The position numbers and the translations under genes are program-made. Under the pieces are notes generated by a model. It was not told the DNA's origin and made no database searches. It worked only from the letters and a program-made list of their open reading frames with translations. From Lama glama (Eukaryota), in the NCBI GenBank assembly GCA_028534125.1, contig CM052818.1, positions 23,128,001 to 23,192,000 of the forward strand: a stretch of 64,000 nucleotides of DNA, given 5' to 3'. The number at the start of each line of letters is the position of its first letter. The stretch's first letter is position 1. Of the stretch, positions 35,901 through 48,225 are shown in pieces.

Positions 35901-38900
35901 GGGAGGGGTCACAGAAGATGGATAGAGAGAGCTCACCCAGGCAGTCCCCGGAGACTGGAGCAGGTGCTCGGAAGTGCCCAGTGGGACATGCTATCCTAGG
36001 CCTTTTCCATTTGAACCCACAGCATTAACTGGAGGGCTGCCAGAGGAGGGGAGGGGGCTTAGGGCAGCCTGGGGGAGTGGGAAACATTCTCTGGCTCCTC
36101 CCTGATTCAGCAAACAGTTGAACAATTTTGAAATTTTAAATGATTATGAGGTATTCATAAAACATTATTTCTAGCTTTCTGCACACCCAAGCTGACGCCT
36201 CCTGAGCAGGGAGAGCCCACGCAGGCTTCCCAGCAGCAGAGGCGACACTGCTGAAGAAGCCAGAGAGATACTAGTGTGGGGGTCAGGGGATAAATGTAGG
36301 AGCCTCACCACCAAAGCAGTCCCTAAATTCACATTGTTACCTCCACTACCCCATAATGGTAGCTTTTCACCTTTGCCCTGATAGAAAGGACCTGGGACCC
36401 TCCCCACCTTACAACACTTGTGCCCCAGGGCAATGAACCCCAGTCTTCGACCCTGTAAGAGTCACACAGCCAATCCCAGACAGACCCAGTATCGGTCTAG
36501 AAAAGGAATGGGTGAAAACGATTCAGTTGTAATCTTTTCCTTTGACATCATCAGTACTGGGCTGGGGGCCTGACATTAAAGTGGAGGACCAGTCTGTGAT
36601 GTGTGTAGAGGCGGTTAACTGGATGCTTTTCGGGAAGTCTGGGTGGGGTAAGAGAGGGCGGGAGAAGTTCCTTAAGGGACAGCAAAGCACGTCAAACCTC
36701 AAATCTGTCAAAAGGGAGGAGGATCTTGAGTCAATTAACTAACACTTAATATCCTGCTAAGACACTCAAGACCTTCTCCACCCCCTTGGAATCTGGCTGA
36801 CACCCCAGGGTTTCCAAAAAGTTCCCAGGAGCCCCTGGGAAGCAATGAGAACAAGACCCTCCCAGTTAGAATGGCCACGTAACCAGCCGTTCACTCCCTG
36901 AAGCTCCGCTGTGTCAGCTGTGCAACCAGGCATAACCACCCACAACTGTTGGCTTTGCCTGACCTTCTGCAACCATTTCAAGGCCCAGGACCCAGTGAAC
37001 AAGTGTCTGACCAGGGCTGGAGTAGCCTGGGGAGACTGGGAGCCAGCAGGAGTATAAATAGCTCTCTGGCCTCTCTCTCTTATTCTGCAATACCCACCCA
37101 GACCTGTGGTCCATCCCCCTCCTGAGAAAAGAAGGGAGGGCCTCCGGGGTTTCTGGTCACTTTTGCTGGGTGCAGAAAGGTTAATCTGATTTGGGCTATG
37201 AGGTGGAAGGTGTGGGCAAGGTTCCTCAGCTGGGGAGCCTGCACACGCCTTACATTCGCTAGGCCAAGAGCAGTCAGGGATTCCCCTCAGTCTGCTCAGA
37301 CATGTGCAAAGGGAACGGGGTGTCTATCCTAGGGCTGACTCAAGGCCGGAGGAGAGCTAGGGGAGAGGAAGAAGGGCAGTGCTGGGACTGTGAGAGGACC
37401 ACTCTCCTGTTCTGGCCTGGAGGGGACAAGGTGGGGGTCTCATCTTTCCCCTCGCCCCTCAGTGAACAGGAGAAACAGAGTCCCATTTAGTAGGACCAGG
37501 GTATCTAGCCTTCTCAAGCTTCCAGCCTCTTGGCCACATTGGCTCAGATAACATAACATTCAGACCCTCAGGGCCTCAGCCTGTTCCCCAGGCTAGGACC
37601 CTGAGGCTTCCGCAATGGTTCGAAAGCCAACTTTAAGGCCTGGAGGACTCCAGGGTCTCTTCTGGGTAGGGCTGTGCAATTTCTGGCCTACAACTCAATC
37701 CCCTCCACTCCTTCCAGTGGCTTCTGGGTAGGGTGGGGAGTAGGGGGTGGGAATATTCTTTGGGAATCAAGCCTGGTCTCTTCCTTGCTCTTCCTAATCT
37801 CACTGCTGTCCCACCCCAACTTCAAAGCCAGATAAGTCACTGGAAGTTGAGCGAAGTGGGGTTCCAATTCCATCAAGAAAGGGGACCCTATCACTGCGGT
37901 TGGGATACTGAGTCAGGGATGACCTCTATTCAGTGTCGTTTCCCTTGTGCTTAACAGCCCAGTTCCAGCCAGAAGCAGGGTCCTTAAGTCCCAACGGGCT
38001 CCCACGCCCACCCCGAGTTTGGGGACCCTCTGTCCTTGCCTTTGACTTCAAGAGATACAGTGTGAAAGCTGAGAAACTCGGGAGTCCCTCCGTAAAGGGA
38101 CGGCCACCCAGCAGTGAGAGGCAGGGTGGTGTAGTGGGAAGCGGCCAAGGTCGGGGTCCTGCCCCCAGTTTGACCTGGGCACAGTCACTGGGGCTCTGCT
38201 TCTTTGTAAGAACAAGGGTTCTTTTTCCAGGCAGAGTGATTGGGCCTGGGCACGTCCAGCCAGCACCCTCACCCCCGCACCCCCACCCTCGTACCTGCAG
38301 CACGTTGGGGTGCCGCAGCCGCTCCAGCAGCACCATCTCCTTGAGCAGCTTGTGGGCCGCCAGCCGATAGCAGCCCCTCCGCGCCCCGAACTCGCGCACG
38401 CAGCTGCCCAGGTCGTGGCCGCTGAAGTCCACCGCCTTGAGCGCCACCGCGGCGCCGCCGGGCAGGCGGACCCGGTACACGGCCTTGGTGTAGCCGGAGC
38501 CCACGTACTGTGCTCCGGACACGTTGCGGAGCGCGGCGCAGCCCAGGCGCGGGCCTGGGCCGGGGGAGCCCGGGCCGGGAGCCGGGGGCCAGCCCGGGGC
38601 GCCGTCGGGCAGGGGCCGGGCCCGCGGGGGCCGGGGACGCTGCAGGCCCGGGCCGCCCGGAGCCAGGTCCATCAGGCGCCGCCGCTCCGGCCGGCCGGCC
38701 CCTGGCCCGGGGCCCCCGCGGGAATAGCGCTGCACCTCCTCGTAGCGCGCTCGGATCTGCCGGGCCAGCTCCCCGCGGCCCCCGCGACGGCTCGGGCCCG
38801 GGGCTGCCGAGGGCCCGGGGGACTGGCCGGGCCGCGGAGGCTCCGAGCCCGGTGCGAAGAGCACGTTGAGGACCGAGCCCAGCAGGAACGAGGCGCAGAA

Positions 38901-38933
38901 ACCCGCGGCCACCACCGCCCGCCGGCGCCGCAT
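29864..38933 (-). CDS. PKDCC: PKDCC (extracellular tyrosine-protein kinase VLK/SgK493), complete 7-exon CDS, 493 aa: join(complement 38295-38933, 33979-34101, 33093-33364, 32354-32433, 31989-32096, 30167-30340, 29864-29949)
   Basis: Exon lengths 639+123+272+80+108+174+86 = 1482 nt, all introns GT..AG, frame continuous. N-terminal [28 protein letters not shown] signal/anchor; divergent kinase motifs [25 protein letters not shown]-terminus [14 protein letters not shown]. Confidence 0.98.
30167..30340 (-). CDS. PKDCC: PKDCC exon 6 ([26 protein letters not shown]...TNQTTWT-G)
   Basis: Acceptor CCACAG|AG, donor CAG|GTGAGC, 174 nt. Confidence 0.96.
30691..30844. mobile_element. MER5A hAT element in PKDCC intron 5
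   Basis: ctcaaactt...aaaatgcagattctgattcag..gatctg.ggcggggcctg...ggaccacgctttgagtagca. Confidence 0.85.
31989..32096 (-). CDS. PKDCC: PKDCC exon 5 ([35 protein letters not shown])
   Basis: Acceptor CTGCAG|GA, donor CCG|GTGCGT, 108 nt. Confidence 0.96.
32354..32433 (-). CDS. PKDCC: PKDCC exon 4 ([27 protein letters not shown])
   Basis: Acceptor CCCTAG|G, donor CAG|GTGAGC, 80 nt. Confidence 0.96.
33093..33364 (-). CDS. PKDCC: PKDCC exon 3 ([14 protein letters not shown]...NLYNAY-R), catalytic loop and DLD motif
   Basis: Acceptor CCTCAG|ATC, donor CAG|GTGCCC, 272 nt. Confidence 0.97.
33979..34101 (-). CDS. PKDCC: PKDCC exon 2 ([15 protein letters not shown]...WEDRFR)
   Basis: Acceptor TTCCAG|CTC, donor CGA|GTGAGC, 123 nt, phase 0/0. 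Confidence 0.97.
34330..34560. mobile_element. MIR SINE in PKDCC intron 1
   Basis: atgtgccaggcactgtgctaa...atgaggaaact..ctcagagaggttaagttacttgc.cagggtcacacagct. Confidence 0.9.
38295..38933 (-). CDS. PKDCC: PKDCC coding exon 1 (213 codons, MRRRR...RHPNVLQ)
   Basis: ATG at 38933-38931; donor CAG|GTACGA with GT at 38294-38293; the ORF-track tail after NVLQ is intron read-through. Confidence 0.97.
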
Positions 38934-39140
38934 CGCTCCCCTCCCCCCGGCCGGCCGGCCCCGCGCGGCTCCCCGGCCCCGGCCCCGAGAGGCTCAGGCT
39001 CCGAGGCGGCTCCGCTCTGAGACCCGCCGGCCCCCTGCCCAGCCCGCGCGCATGGCCCCGGCGGCCCCGACCCCGGCCCCGGCCCCTCGCGGGCGGCACA
39101 TCGGCCTGACACTTGCCTCCCTCCCGCCCTGCCCCCGCCG

Positions 39141-39176
39141 CTTATAAGGCCCGGAGCCGCCCCCGCCCCCGCCCCC
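39141..39176 (-). promoter_or_regulatory. PKDCC core promoter: TATA-like TTATAAG preceded by tandem GC boxes (SP/KLF); TSS inferred near 39115
   Basis: Isolated AT hexamer TTATAA at 39142-39147 within the GC island; repeated GGGGCGGGG immediately upstream on the minus strand. Confidence 0.7.
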
Positions 39177-42100
39177 TCCGCCTCCGCCTCCCAGCTCCCG
39201 GCCCGAGCCCGTCCTCGGCGCCGCCCCCTCCGGCCGCCCGGCCCGGCCTTCCCCGCTGACTGACAGCGGGACCTCCTCCCGCGGCCGTCCGGGCCTGGGA
39301 AGCCGCGCAGAGGCGGCTCCGGCCCTGCCCAGCCCGCGGCCCCCGATCTCGGGCCGCGGAGAAAGGGAGGGGGCGGCAGCGGCCCCGGGACGCGCGGGGC
39401 CTCTGGGCCCAGCAAGGGCGGCTAACGGGGCCGGGGCGGCCGGATAACGGGACCCAGAGGCGGCTAACGGAGCCTGCTGGGCAGGGTTGGGGAGAAGATG
39501 AAGGGGCGAGGCCAGAGGGTAACGGGCTCCAGAGGGCACGAGCAGCTGGGTCCAGGGTGCTGGGGATCCGTGTGATCCCAGAGCCCAGAGCGCCCTCCCT
39601 GGGACCCGGGGCCTTGGGGCTAACTGGGAGCAGGGAAGGCGCGCGGATCGGGTTGCGGGAGGCGGCTTCTCGCCCAGTACCGGATTCGGGGGCGGAGGAT
39701 GGGGGAGACTGGCGCTGAGGGGCTGGCACCTGCGAGCGCGCGTGGAACGGGAACTCTGGGATCAGGGGAAAAATCATGAGGTTTTCGGAGATGCCCTTTT
39801 AAACCCTCTCTACCAAGTCTTTGATTTCTAATTTTCCTTGTCCCTGAAGCCCCTCTTCCCAGGACCCTTACAATCAGACGCGGTCAGCAGCAGATCACCA
39901 ACCATATGCGTGCTAGTAGTCTGTGCAAAGACTGCATTTGTACCCACGGACGTGCGTGGTCCAGATTGTGGAGTGTATGCATTAGTGTGTCTGAAGGGGC
40001 CACTGTGTCCAAAGAAAGGAATGTGTACCCTGTGTGTAAGTAGGTGCTGACTCCACCAGAACTTCTGGCCCCTCCTCCTCCCTCCCTGATTGCATCATTA
40101 GTGCTAATTGAGGAGCTTTCACACGCCAGTGCATTAGCTGTTTGTAGTGAACTCCCCCCTCCTGGGAGAGATAAGCCGCCGCCCCCCCCCCGCCCCCCAA
40201 CGCTTCTCTTCCTTACTGCCCTGGAACTGTCCACCTAGACCTTTCCACCTTCCTTGGCACCTTCCGGCCTCCCTCTTGTCCTCTACTGGTTAATCTCTTT
40301 CCTCCCCGCAGTGTCAGAGATTGGCTGGAGAGGAGGCAGGGAAGAGGTGGAGGGCCTAGAAAATCTTCCCTCCAGGAGGCTGAAGAGTTCTGTCCTCCCT
40401 GCAGAGTGCAATCTCTGTGATGAGAGAGGGGACAGGAATCTCTGCCTGGTTTTTCGGACCTTCAAGGACAGAGGAGAGCGCTGAGTCCTTGATCTCCAGC
40501 CTGTAGTCAGCCCCACTGACGCAGGGGTGTCCAGCCCTGACTCCTGGGGTCCCCTGAGACTTGGAGGGTTGGGGACCAGTCTAACTTAGCAAGCATGTGA
40601 GAGAAGCCACGATTCTCTTGAGGACCTTGGGTTTGGGGGAGTTTGGTCTGGTCCTGTTTAGCTGCTCTGCCCTGTGCTGGCCCTTGGCTGCTGGGTGTTG
40701 GGGGAAGGCTCTGAGCAGATGCCCTCCCCAGCCCTCACACCAGATGTCTTTGGTCTAATTAACTGTGCTGGGAAAACCAACCTGGGTTTGTAAACAGAGC
40801 TACTGGCTAAAGTCAACAGGGAGCAGCAGCAAACAGCAAACATTCCCCTTACACTCAGCCACAGTCCAATCCAGCCCTCTGGGGAAAAGGGGAGTCTCGC
40901 AGATCATGAGGCCCCCTGGCCCACAGCTGAGGCAGAGAAAGTCTGGCTGCTTCTGTGACCCCAATATGGCTGTTTCCTTACCAGTTCCACGGGCTCCTCC
41001 GCTGGGGAGAAATGGGGATTCCTGGAGGACAGAGTTGCCATCCCATGATAGGCTCTGTCCTACTTCCAGAGACCTCCTCATATCTATTAGCCAAACCTCC
41101 TCATCCAAGAGGAAGCCATTGTGTGTGTGTGTGGGGGGGGGATTCCTTAAAGAGCTTTCTTTGGGGCCTGCTCTGTTCTAGGGTCTTGGAGAAGCCTTTG
41201 GGATAGGATATAGCATTGTGGATCTGTAACTCAGAGTTGGTAAATATAACGTGAACATTGTTAAGTTCGTTACACATCGTGTAGGTATTATAATAACATG
41301 TTCTGAAATTAGATAATTATTCCTGTGATATCTTTGCCAAGCTTCAGTGTTTCTGTTATGGTTTGAAAGTTCGATGCACACAGGGCCTGAGAAACAGGCC
41401 TGAATGTACGTACATACAATGCATACACATGAGCCCACGGAGCGGTGGCCTTGCACACGGGAACAAAGGCATTTCAACTCTCATTCTCACACTCACTCTG
41501 TCTCCCTCACCAGCTCTCAGACATGCAGACATATACAATCTTTGATGGAAATAGTTTTTTGGCCTCTGAAAAAAAGGGATTGAACTTTTTGAACAGATTA
41601 GAGTTTCTGAATTGGCAGTTTCTTGAATTCTTAACCAAATTTTGCTTGTTTGCTTTTTTTTTTTTTGCCACCCAAGGAGTGGAATCATCATTTCAAATAA
41701 CTGGAACAGACACAAAAGCGTGCTTCAGGATCCAGACCTACAGTGTGTCCATCCATTCTGCCCCAAGACCTGGCAGGGCCAGTAGCCTGGGCCTCCCAGG
41801 CCAAAGCCCTCAGGCCAGTGTCCAGCTCAGAGCCCTGAGTGCTGTCCCCATAGTAGAACCCTCCTGCAGCTCTCACTTGGGGCCACAGCAGCGCTCAGAC
41901 CGGGGTCTGCCAGTGCGAGGGCTCCATGCTGCAGACACACCAAGTTTTCCATCTTCCCCTCTCTGTCTACAACACCCCCCCCCAAACTTGAACAGCAGTC
42001 CTTCCGGAGGAGGCACAGGGCCTTAACTCCAAAATACTAAATTTTTCTTTTAGATACCCCCTTTCTGCATGTTTTGTCAGGTCGTCCTAATCTGCCAGGA

Positions 42101-42589
42101 TTGTAGTACCAACCTCTCCTCAGCTCTCTTTATTGTCTACCTTTTCCCTCCATCTCAGGTCTCAAAATACCTCTTTTGGAGTATCACTCTGCTGCTCAAA
42201 AACCTGGAGAATAAACCAAACTGCAGCCTTCAGCTCTCTGGAAACTGGCCCCAGCCCTCCACCTAGCCCTTTCCCTGCACAGAGCTAGATGCACCCCCTC
42301 CTGCTGCTGCCTGCACAGTCTCCTGACTTGCAGCCATCATTAGCGTTTTCCCCAGTGGCCTTCCCAGTTCCTCTTCCTGAAATGCCCGCTTGTAGCCTTT
42401 CCACGTAATCTTTGCTAGCTGGTTCTTCAAGGTGTCCCAGAAAGTAGTGAGTTACAGAGAGTGCTTCTCCAGCTGGGATGTATGGGTCTCTGAGATCTTG
42501 AAGACCTAGTCTCAGAATTCTGTGGTTTATTTTCTTTAAAAGGAAATGTACAAAATACATTTCTCAGGTCTTGGGAACCTGGAGGTAGA

Positions 42590-42800
42590 GCAAAGGGCTT
42601 GGGACTTGGAGTCCAAGAAACTGGGGTTCAAATTTCATTAATTGAGTTACTCTGGGTGAGTTAGTTAACCTCTCTATGTATTCATTTTCTCCTGAGGAAA
42701 ATGGGGGATAAAAATAGCACCTTCCTTGTAAAGTTGAGTGGATGAAATGTGAAGACATATAAAGTGCCCGGCACAGGCTAAGCCCTCGGTGTGTGGAGTC
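42590..42800. mobile_element. MIR SINE
   Basis: ttggagtc..gaaactggggttcaaat...ctgggtgagttagttaacctctct...aaaatggggg ataa. Confidence 0.85.
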
Positions 42801-45800
42801 TGTAGCTATAACACACATGTATAATGCAATATGATAACATTAAACAAACATCAGTGACAACATGTTAGACAACTAACTAGCTCTGCCTAGAGGCAGAAAT
42901 GGCTTTACTTTCCATCCTGGTTTCCACTGGTGAAATCTCCCAGCCTCTTGGGCTCTCTCTGTGTCTGGAATTTTCACTTTTTCCCAAATCAACAAACCAG
43001 CGGTCGATCGGAAGAGGCCTCCTTGCCTCCCCACCCCGCGGTGAACTGCAGAGGGAAGACCATTCCAAAGCCACAGTGACCCATGGCAGGGAAGGCTTCG
43101 GTCTGTCCTCCCTGGGGCAAGGAGCTGGGGGAGGGGATGGATTCAGAAAAGGAGAGGGTACAGGGAAAGGGGTGGAGTCAGGCGGCCTGCTCCCCCACCC
43201 CCACTTCCCTCAGGTAGGAAGTGAAGCTGACGTTTCCAAAATATAAAAAACAGATGATGAAGGTCAGGTTTCCTACACACTGGAGAGCGGGAGCCCCAAG
43301 GCAGAGTCCCCAAGAAATGATCTGAGACAGAGATGGGGGGCAGAGAAAGAGAGAGAGAGAGAGGCAAAGATGCAGAAACACGGAGTCAGAGACAAAGCCC
43401 CCTGAATCCTGCGAAGGGTAGTCAGACAAAGACAGAGACAGCCGAGGCTCAGGAGAGATCTTTCCACCCGTTTCTGGAAAAGAGCTTAGTTCCTCTCTGT
43501 GGGTCTCAGGATGGGATCGTGAGCCGTTTTGGCTCCATGACCCTGTCAGAGGGTGAGGCCCTCCAGGACCCCAGAAACCAAAAGGCCCACTGGGCTCAGA
43601 GCTCTCCCTGCCCAGACTAGTCTCTGTCTGTCAGGGCCTCCAGATCCAGAGTCTTCCCTCTGAGCCAGCCTCTCTTCCTCTCTCCTCCCTCCTGCTCAGC
43701 CTCACCCACCAACCCAGAGAGATGCTCGATGGCAGCTTCTCTTTCTCTCCTTTTCCTGGCTGGCTGGGAGGTGTGTCCTTTTCCTTCACTGCTTCCTTTG
43801 CCTGGAGGAGCTGGGGGTGGTGGGGCGGAGGATGGAGAAGGCTGAGAGGTACCTGTTTAGAGCCTTTCCCTAGGGGAAGGAGCGAGGAGGCCACCTTGGC
43901 AATGGACCCAGGGAAGAATGGAGACTCTGTCTTAGGCCCCTGAAGAGAGGGAGACCAGTGTGGGCTGAATCCCAGGACCTTGGTCCCTGGGCAGATGGAG
44001 AGGCAGGTAGAGAGATGGAGAGTTGTCCATTGGATCAGTGGGTGATGGGTGGACTCTGGCGGCAGTGGGTGGTAGAGGTGAGGACTTTGCCTTTGTCTGG
44101 AGGTCTTTGCAAGGGAGAGGGATGGGAATGGGAGCACTGGTGACCGGATCTGAAAAATCACACCTTCCCTGACCAAGCCAAATGCACCCTGAGCCAATGG
44201 GGCGACTTTCCTCCCAGGCCATGGTCAAATAGAAAGAACCAGTCGTTTTTTGAGCAGCCTCAGGGCTGTGGTTTGGAAAGGAGAGAGAAAAGGAGAAGAA
44301 AGAGCGGCTGTGGGGTTTGTGCATCTGGCCCTGGACCTCCACAAGGCTGACAATTCTCTCCTTCTTCCCCAGCTGCCCCAGGAGGCTGGCCTGGCTCCGG
44401 GCCCAGGAAGAAGACGGCTCCTTATAGTTAAAGAGGCCTTGGCCCTGCCACTGCCCTAAGAAGCTTACCGTGTAATTGGGAAGATTCACGTCAGGCCATG
44501 GGGGACAAAGGAGACTGTGGAGGGTCTGGGGCAGGGAAGAGCTGGCCCCTGCCCGGAGCCCTGATGGAGAGCTGTCACGTACAGAAAGCCTGCTGTGTGC
44601 GGGGAACTGTCTAACCTCTTGACACATACTGTGAGGTCAGTATTATTACACCCGTTTTATAGATGAGGGAATTGAGGCTCATGAGATTAAGGAATCTGTC
44701 GATATCACACACAAATCGTGAGTGGCAGAGCAGACCACCGTGAAATCACGGAGCAGAGACTCAGGCCCTGTTTCAGGTCTTCTCTCTGCTCTTTGTTGGT
44801 TTGGGAAGAAGTGAGAAGTTCCAGCTGAAGGGAGCAGCAGAGGAGCCAATAAATGCCACTAGTGGGAACCAAGATGGAAGCTCATTAAGGTGATTTTTGC
44901 CTCCGAGCAACGAGGTTTGGTTGTAAAGATTTATTATTTTATTGTTCTTATTAATTCTAATGATAGGGTACACTCATTAAATGCCTTTCATCATCATTTA
45001 ATCCACTTAATACCTCTCAGAGATAAATACTATTATTATCTCCAATTTTCAAGATGAGAAAATTGACGTATAGAGGGGTTAGGTAACTTGTGGCAGAGCT
45101 GGGATTTGGACACAGATGCCTCTGACGGCAGGGCTGCAGTCTTCCGTCTTCTGTCCTGCGTCTGTGGTTTAGTTCATGGGCTGGGCTGGGCTGATTTCAG
45201 CTGTAAAAACCCCAAGGTCAGTCTTTTCCAAGCGTAGCACTGCAATCTTGCTTCAAAGGTGGGTGTCTGCTGATGTCTGAGCCTGTAAAGGACAGAAGCA
45301 GGCCCTGCTGGGGCAGGGGCAGTGGGGAGAGAAGGAGGGAGACGCTGAAAGAGGTACATTGAGGAGAACCGCCCACCCCCCATAGGGAAAACTGCAGTCT
45401 CAGGAGCTAAGACTAAAGCCCCATGAAGTGTTTTTCAGAGACCCCGGCAGACCCTGTCAATCATCCCCTCCTTCCCCTGCTCTGTGGGGGCAGAGGGAAC
45501 AAATCAGGAGTGATGGTTGGTGAAGGGTTAATGAGACTCTGGGAGTCTGCATGGAATTAAAATAATTATTTGAAAAATTCCAAAAAGCACGAAAAAGGAA
45601 GTAAAAATTACACAAAATCCCTTCATTAAGAGAGATTATGTATCATAAGATGTGAAAGCCACCTTGCCTGCCCCTCCGGCCCCACCTGCGGAGGTAACCA
45701 CTACTGAAGGATGTCGTGTGCAAAGACTCCCCAAGATACCACATGAGTTATCATCTCCTTCCCCGCCACAAGCTTCCCTTGTTGACTGTTTCATTTCTGC

Positions 45801-47889
45801 ACCAGCAGGCTCTGAGACACCTCGGTCTCTTTGATGCTTCAAAACTCAAATTTAAATCCTGCGCTTAAAAAAAAAAAAAACTCTTGGATTGGCCCCTTTG
45901 TTTCCTCAGTGCCATCCTCCCCAGTCCAGGCTCTTCTCTGGTCTGTTGACTGGGTCCCCTTGGTGTTCTTCTCCCACCTCAAAGCATGTATAGGCACAAA
46001 ATACATCTGCCAAGAACATCACTTCAGTACATCATTTTCCTGTTCTAAAATCATTGATGATTCCCCATCATTTGGAGGATAATTTAGCTTGGTGTTTAAA
46101 GTCTGTTGCAACCTACCTCTTCTGGTCTTGTATCCACAAGTACTTCCTGATGCTGTGTTGCACCAATTTTCTAGCATGCTCTGCTCCTCCTGCCTGATGA
46201 CATCCTTTCTGACCTATCCAAAGTTTGTCCATCCCTCAAGGTCCATCTCAAGACTTTCTTTTTCCTGAAAGCTTTCCCTGACTGCTTTAGTTCACATCCA
46301 CTGCTCATTCCCCAAATGCCTGACATGGAGGCTGTACCTCATGGTTCAGAGAGTCCTCTGGTTGGAAGAGACCTTGGGTCTGATCATCAGAGTAGTTCCC
46401 AGCCTGAATCCCAAAGATCTTCAGGACTCTGTAAACGTACTGGGGAGGGGGGAGCTGTTGTCAATATTCCAGGAAACCTATAGGAAATATTTCATGAGGA
46501 GTTTGCTCAGTCAAGGGAAACATTTTGCTTGTGGCCAGAATAATATCATGCACTGGGTCTCTTGTGCTGATAAGTGGTTGTTAAGAAAAATGAAGGAGCA
46601 ATTATGTTATATAAATGTACCCTGGTAGGCAGACAGGATGAATAAAAGGGATCCTTAATGGTGGAAAAGCTGGAGTCACTGATCCTGCTCAATCTCCTGA
46701 CCAAAGCAGGGCTCCTTCCTGTCATTCGAACGGGCCTATCACCGTCCCCCACCCCCATGACGGATAAGCTCACTTTCTTATAGGGAGTCAGGACCTTATC
46801 TGACTGCAGTAAATCTAAACCATCCCTCAAGACAGCTCTTCGGGTATTTGAAGATAATTTAAAACCTTATTTGGCCCCCAGTTTCCTATAGGCCAAAGAC
46901 AAACGTTCTTTCATAGTTTCTGTAGCCTTGTCCACCTCGCCCACTCCCCTCTTAACTATGTTCTGCCTCCCCATCTCTGCTGTAGACCCGCTTACCCACC
47001 CCTGCTCCTCATTTGCACTCTGCTCTCTCCCCCAACTTACTGTACTCTCTGCTTAGAACACTCTTGTCTCCCCTCTTTGCCTAGTTACTCCACACATCCT
47101 TAGAGCTCAGCTCCTAAGACAGCTTCTCCAGGAAGCTTTCCCTGACCACCCCTGGCATGGGTTCTTGTACCCCTGTGTACCTAGCCATTGCAATGGTCAT
47201 TGTGTTTGTAGTTTCCTCTGTGTCGTTTGATTGAAGTCTGTCTACAATGGACTATATTCTCCATGAAAGCAGGGCCTTATTTGATTTCTACTCCAGGTAT
47301 ATCCCCATCACCTAGCATGGTGCCAAGGCCTGTAGGTAATTCATCAAATATTGACTAACATTGTTTTATTTCATAAGGCTGTTAGAAATGGAAAATGTAT
47401 GCAGAAGCATGTTGTAATCTCTAAAGCAGGGCCTGTAATAATTTCGGGAGTGATTACCATTACAGTTTCTTCAATTACACTTTGGCTCCTAGATGGACCT
47501 GGATGTATGTCCCCCTGCCTTCCTCCCTTGAGCCTCCTTAGCTTGGTAATTAAAGACCTAGTGTATAAAATGAGCTTTTCCCCTCCTTCTTTCTCTTAAC
47601 TGGCTGTTGAACTAAAAAAATAACCTGACTAAATGGCGTTCCCTGTAAATGTTGTTTCCCCCTTCCTCTCCTTCCTTCCCTCCTTTCAATCTTACATTTA
47701 TTGACCACCCGTTCTCTGTGTTAGATGTCAAGCAAATAACCAGGGGCACAAACATGAAGGATGAGCCTCTGTCCTGAGGTATTTCTTGAAATATTCTTGG
47801 TGTATGAGAATCTCCGGGCCTCTCCCAGATTATGCTCCTCTAGTTACTTAGTCGTTTGATAATGTTCTTCTCAAAATGGGGCCCCAGGA

Positions 47890-48225
47890 CCTTTGCACTT
47901 GCTGTTCCCTCTGCCAGGAAAGCTCTTCCCTCACACCCTCCTGTGGCTCCTTCTCCATACATTCAAGTCTTGGTTAAAATGTCATCTCATTTCATGACAG
48001 TCCTCCTCTAACCACTCTCTGCCACATTACTCTGTCCACAGAGCATTTGTTGTTGTCTGAAAATATCTTGATACATCTGTTGTATTTTTACTTTTTTGTT
48101 GTCAGTCTCTCCCCTCTTTAGACTGTAAGCATCATGAGATCGGGGTCTTTGTTTTGTTCACCGCTCTTTGCTCGGATTTCCCAGTAGTGGCAGCATCCAG
48201 CAGGTACTCAGTACTAAACAACTGT
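47890..48225. mobile_element. L2 3' end
   Basis: cctttgcacttgctgttccctctgcc.ggaa.gctcttccc...tagactgtaagc..catgag...ttttgttcacc...gcaggtactcagta. Confidence 0.85.

Larger units (their letters stand above)
38280..39750. promoter_or_regulatory. CpG island covering the PKDCC promoter and exon 1
   Basis: Very high GC and dense CpG compared with the CpG-depleted flanks. Confidence 0.95.

Noticed and set aside
37926..38294. C-terminal 122 aa of the 335-aa ORF
   Set aside because: Intron 1 read-through past the GT donor at 38294; the kinase domain continues in exon 2
38269..39777. Several long overlapping ORFs (181-276 aa) on both strands
   Set aside because: Stop-codon depletion in a CpG island; low-complexity G/P/R/A peptides, mostly with non-ATG starts
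46340..46930. Possible minus-strand L3 3' end with a nested DNA transposon
   Set aside because: Only short motifs resemble L3; boundaries cannot be supported without an HMM search
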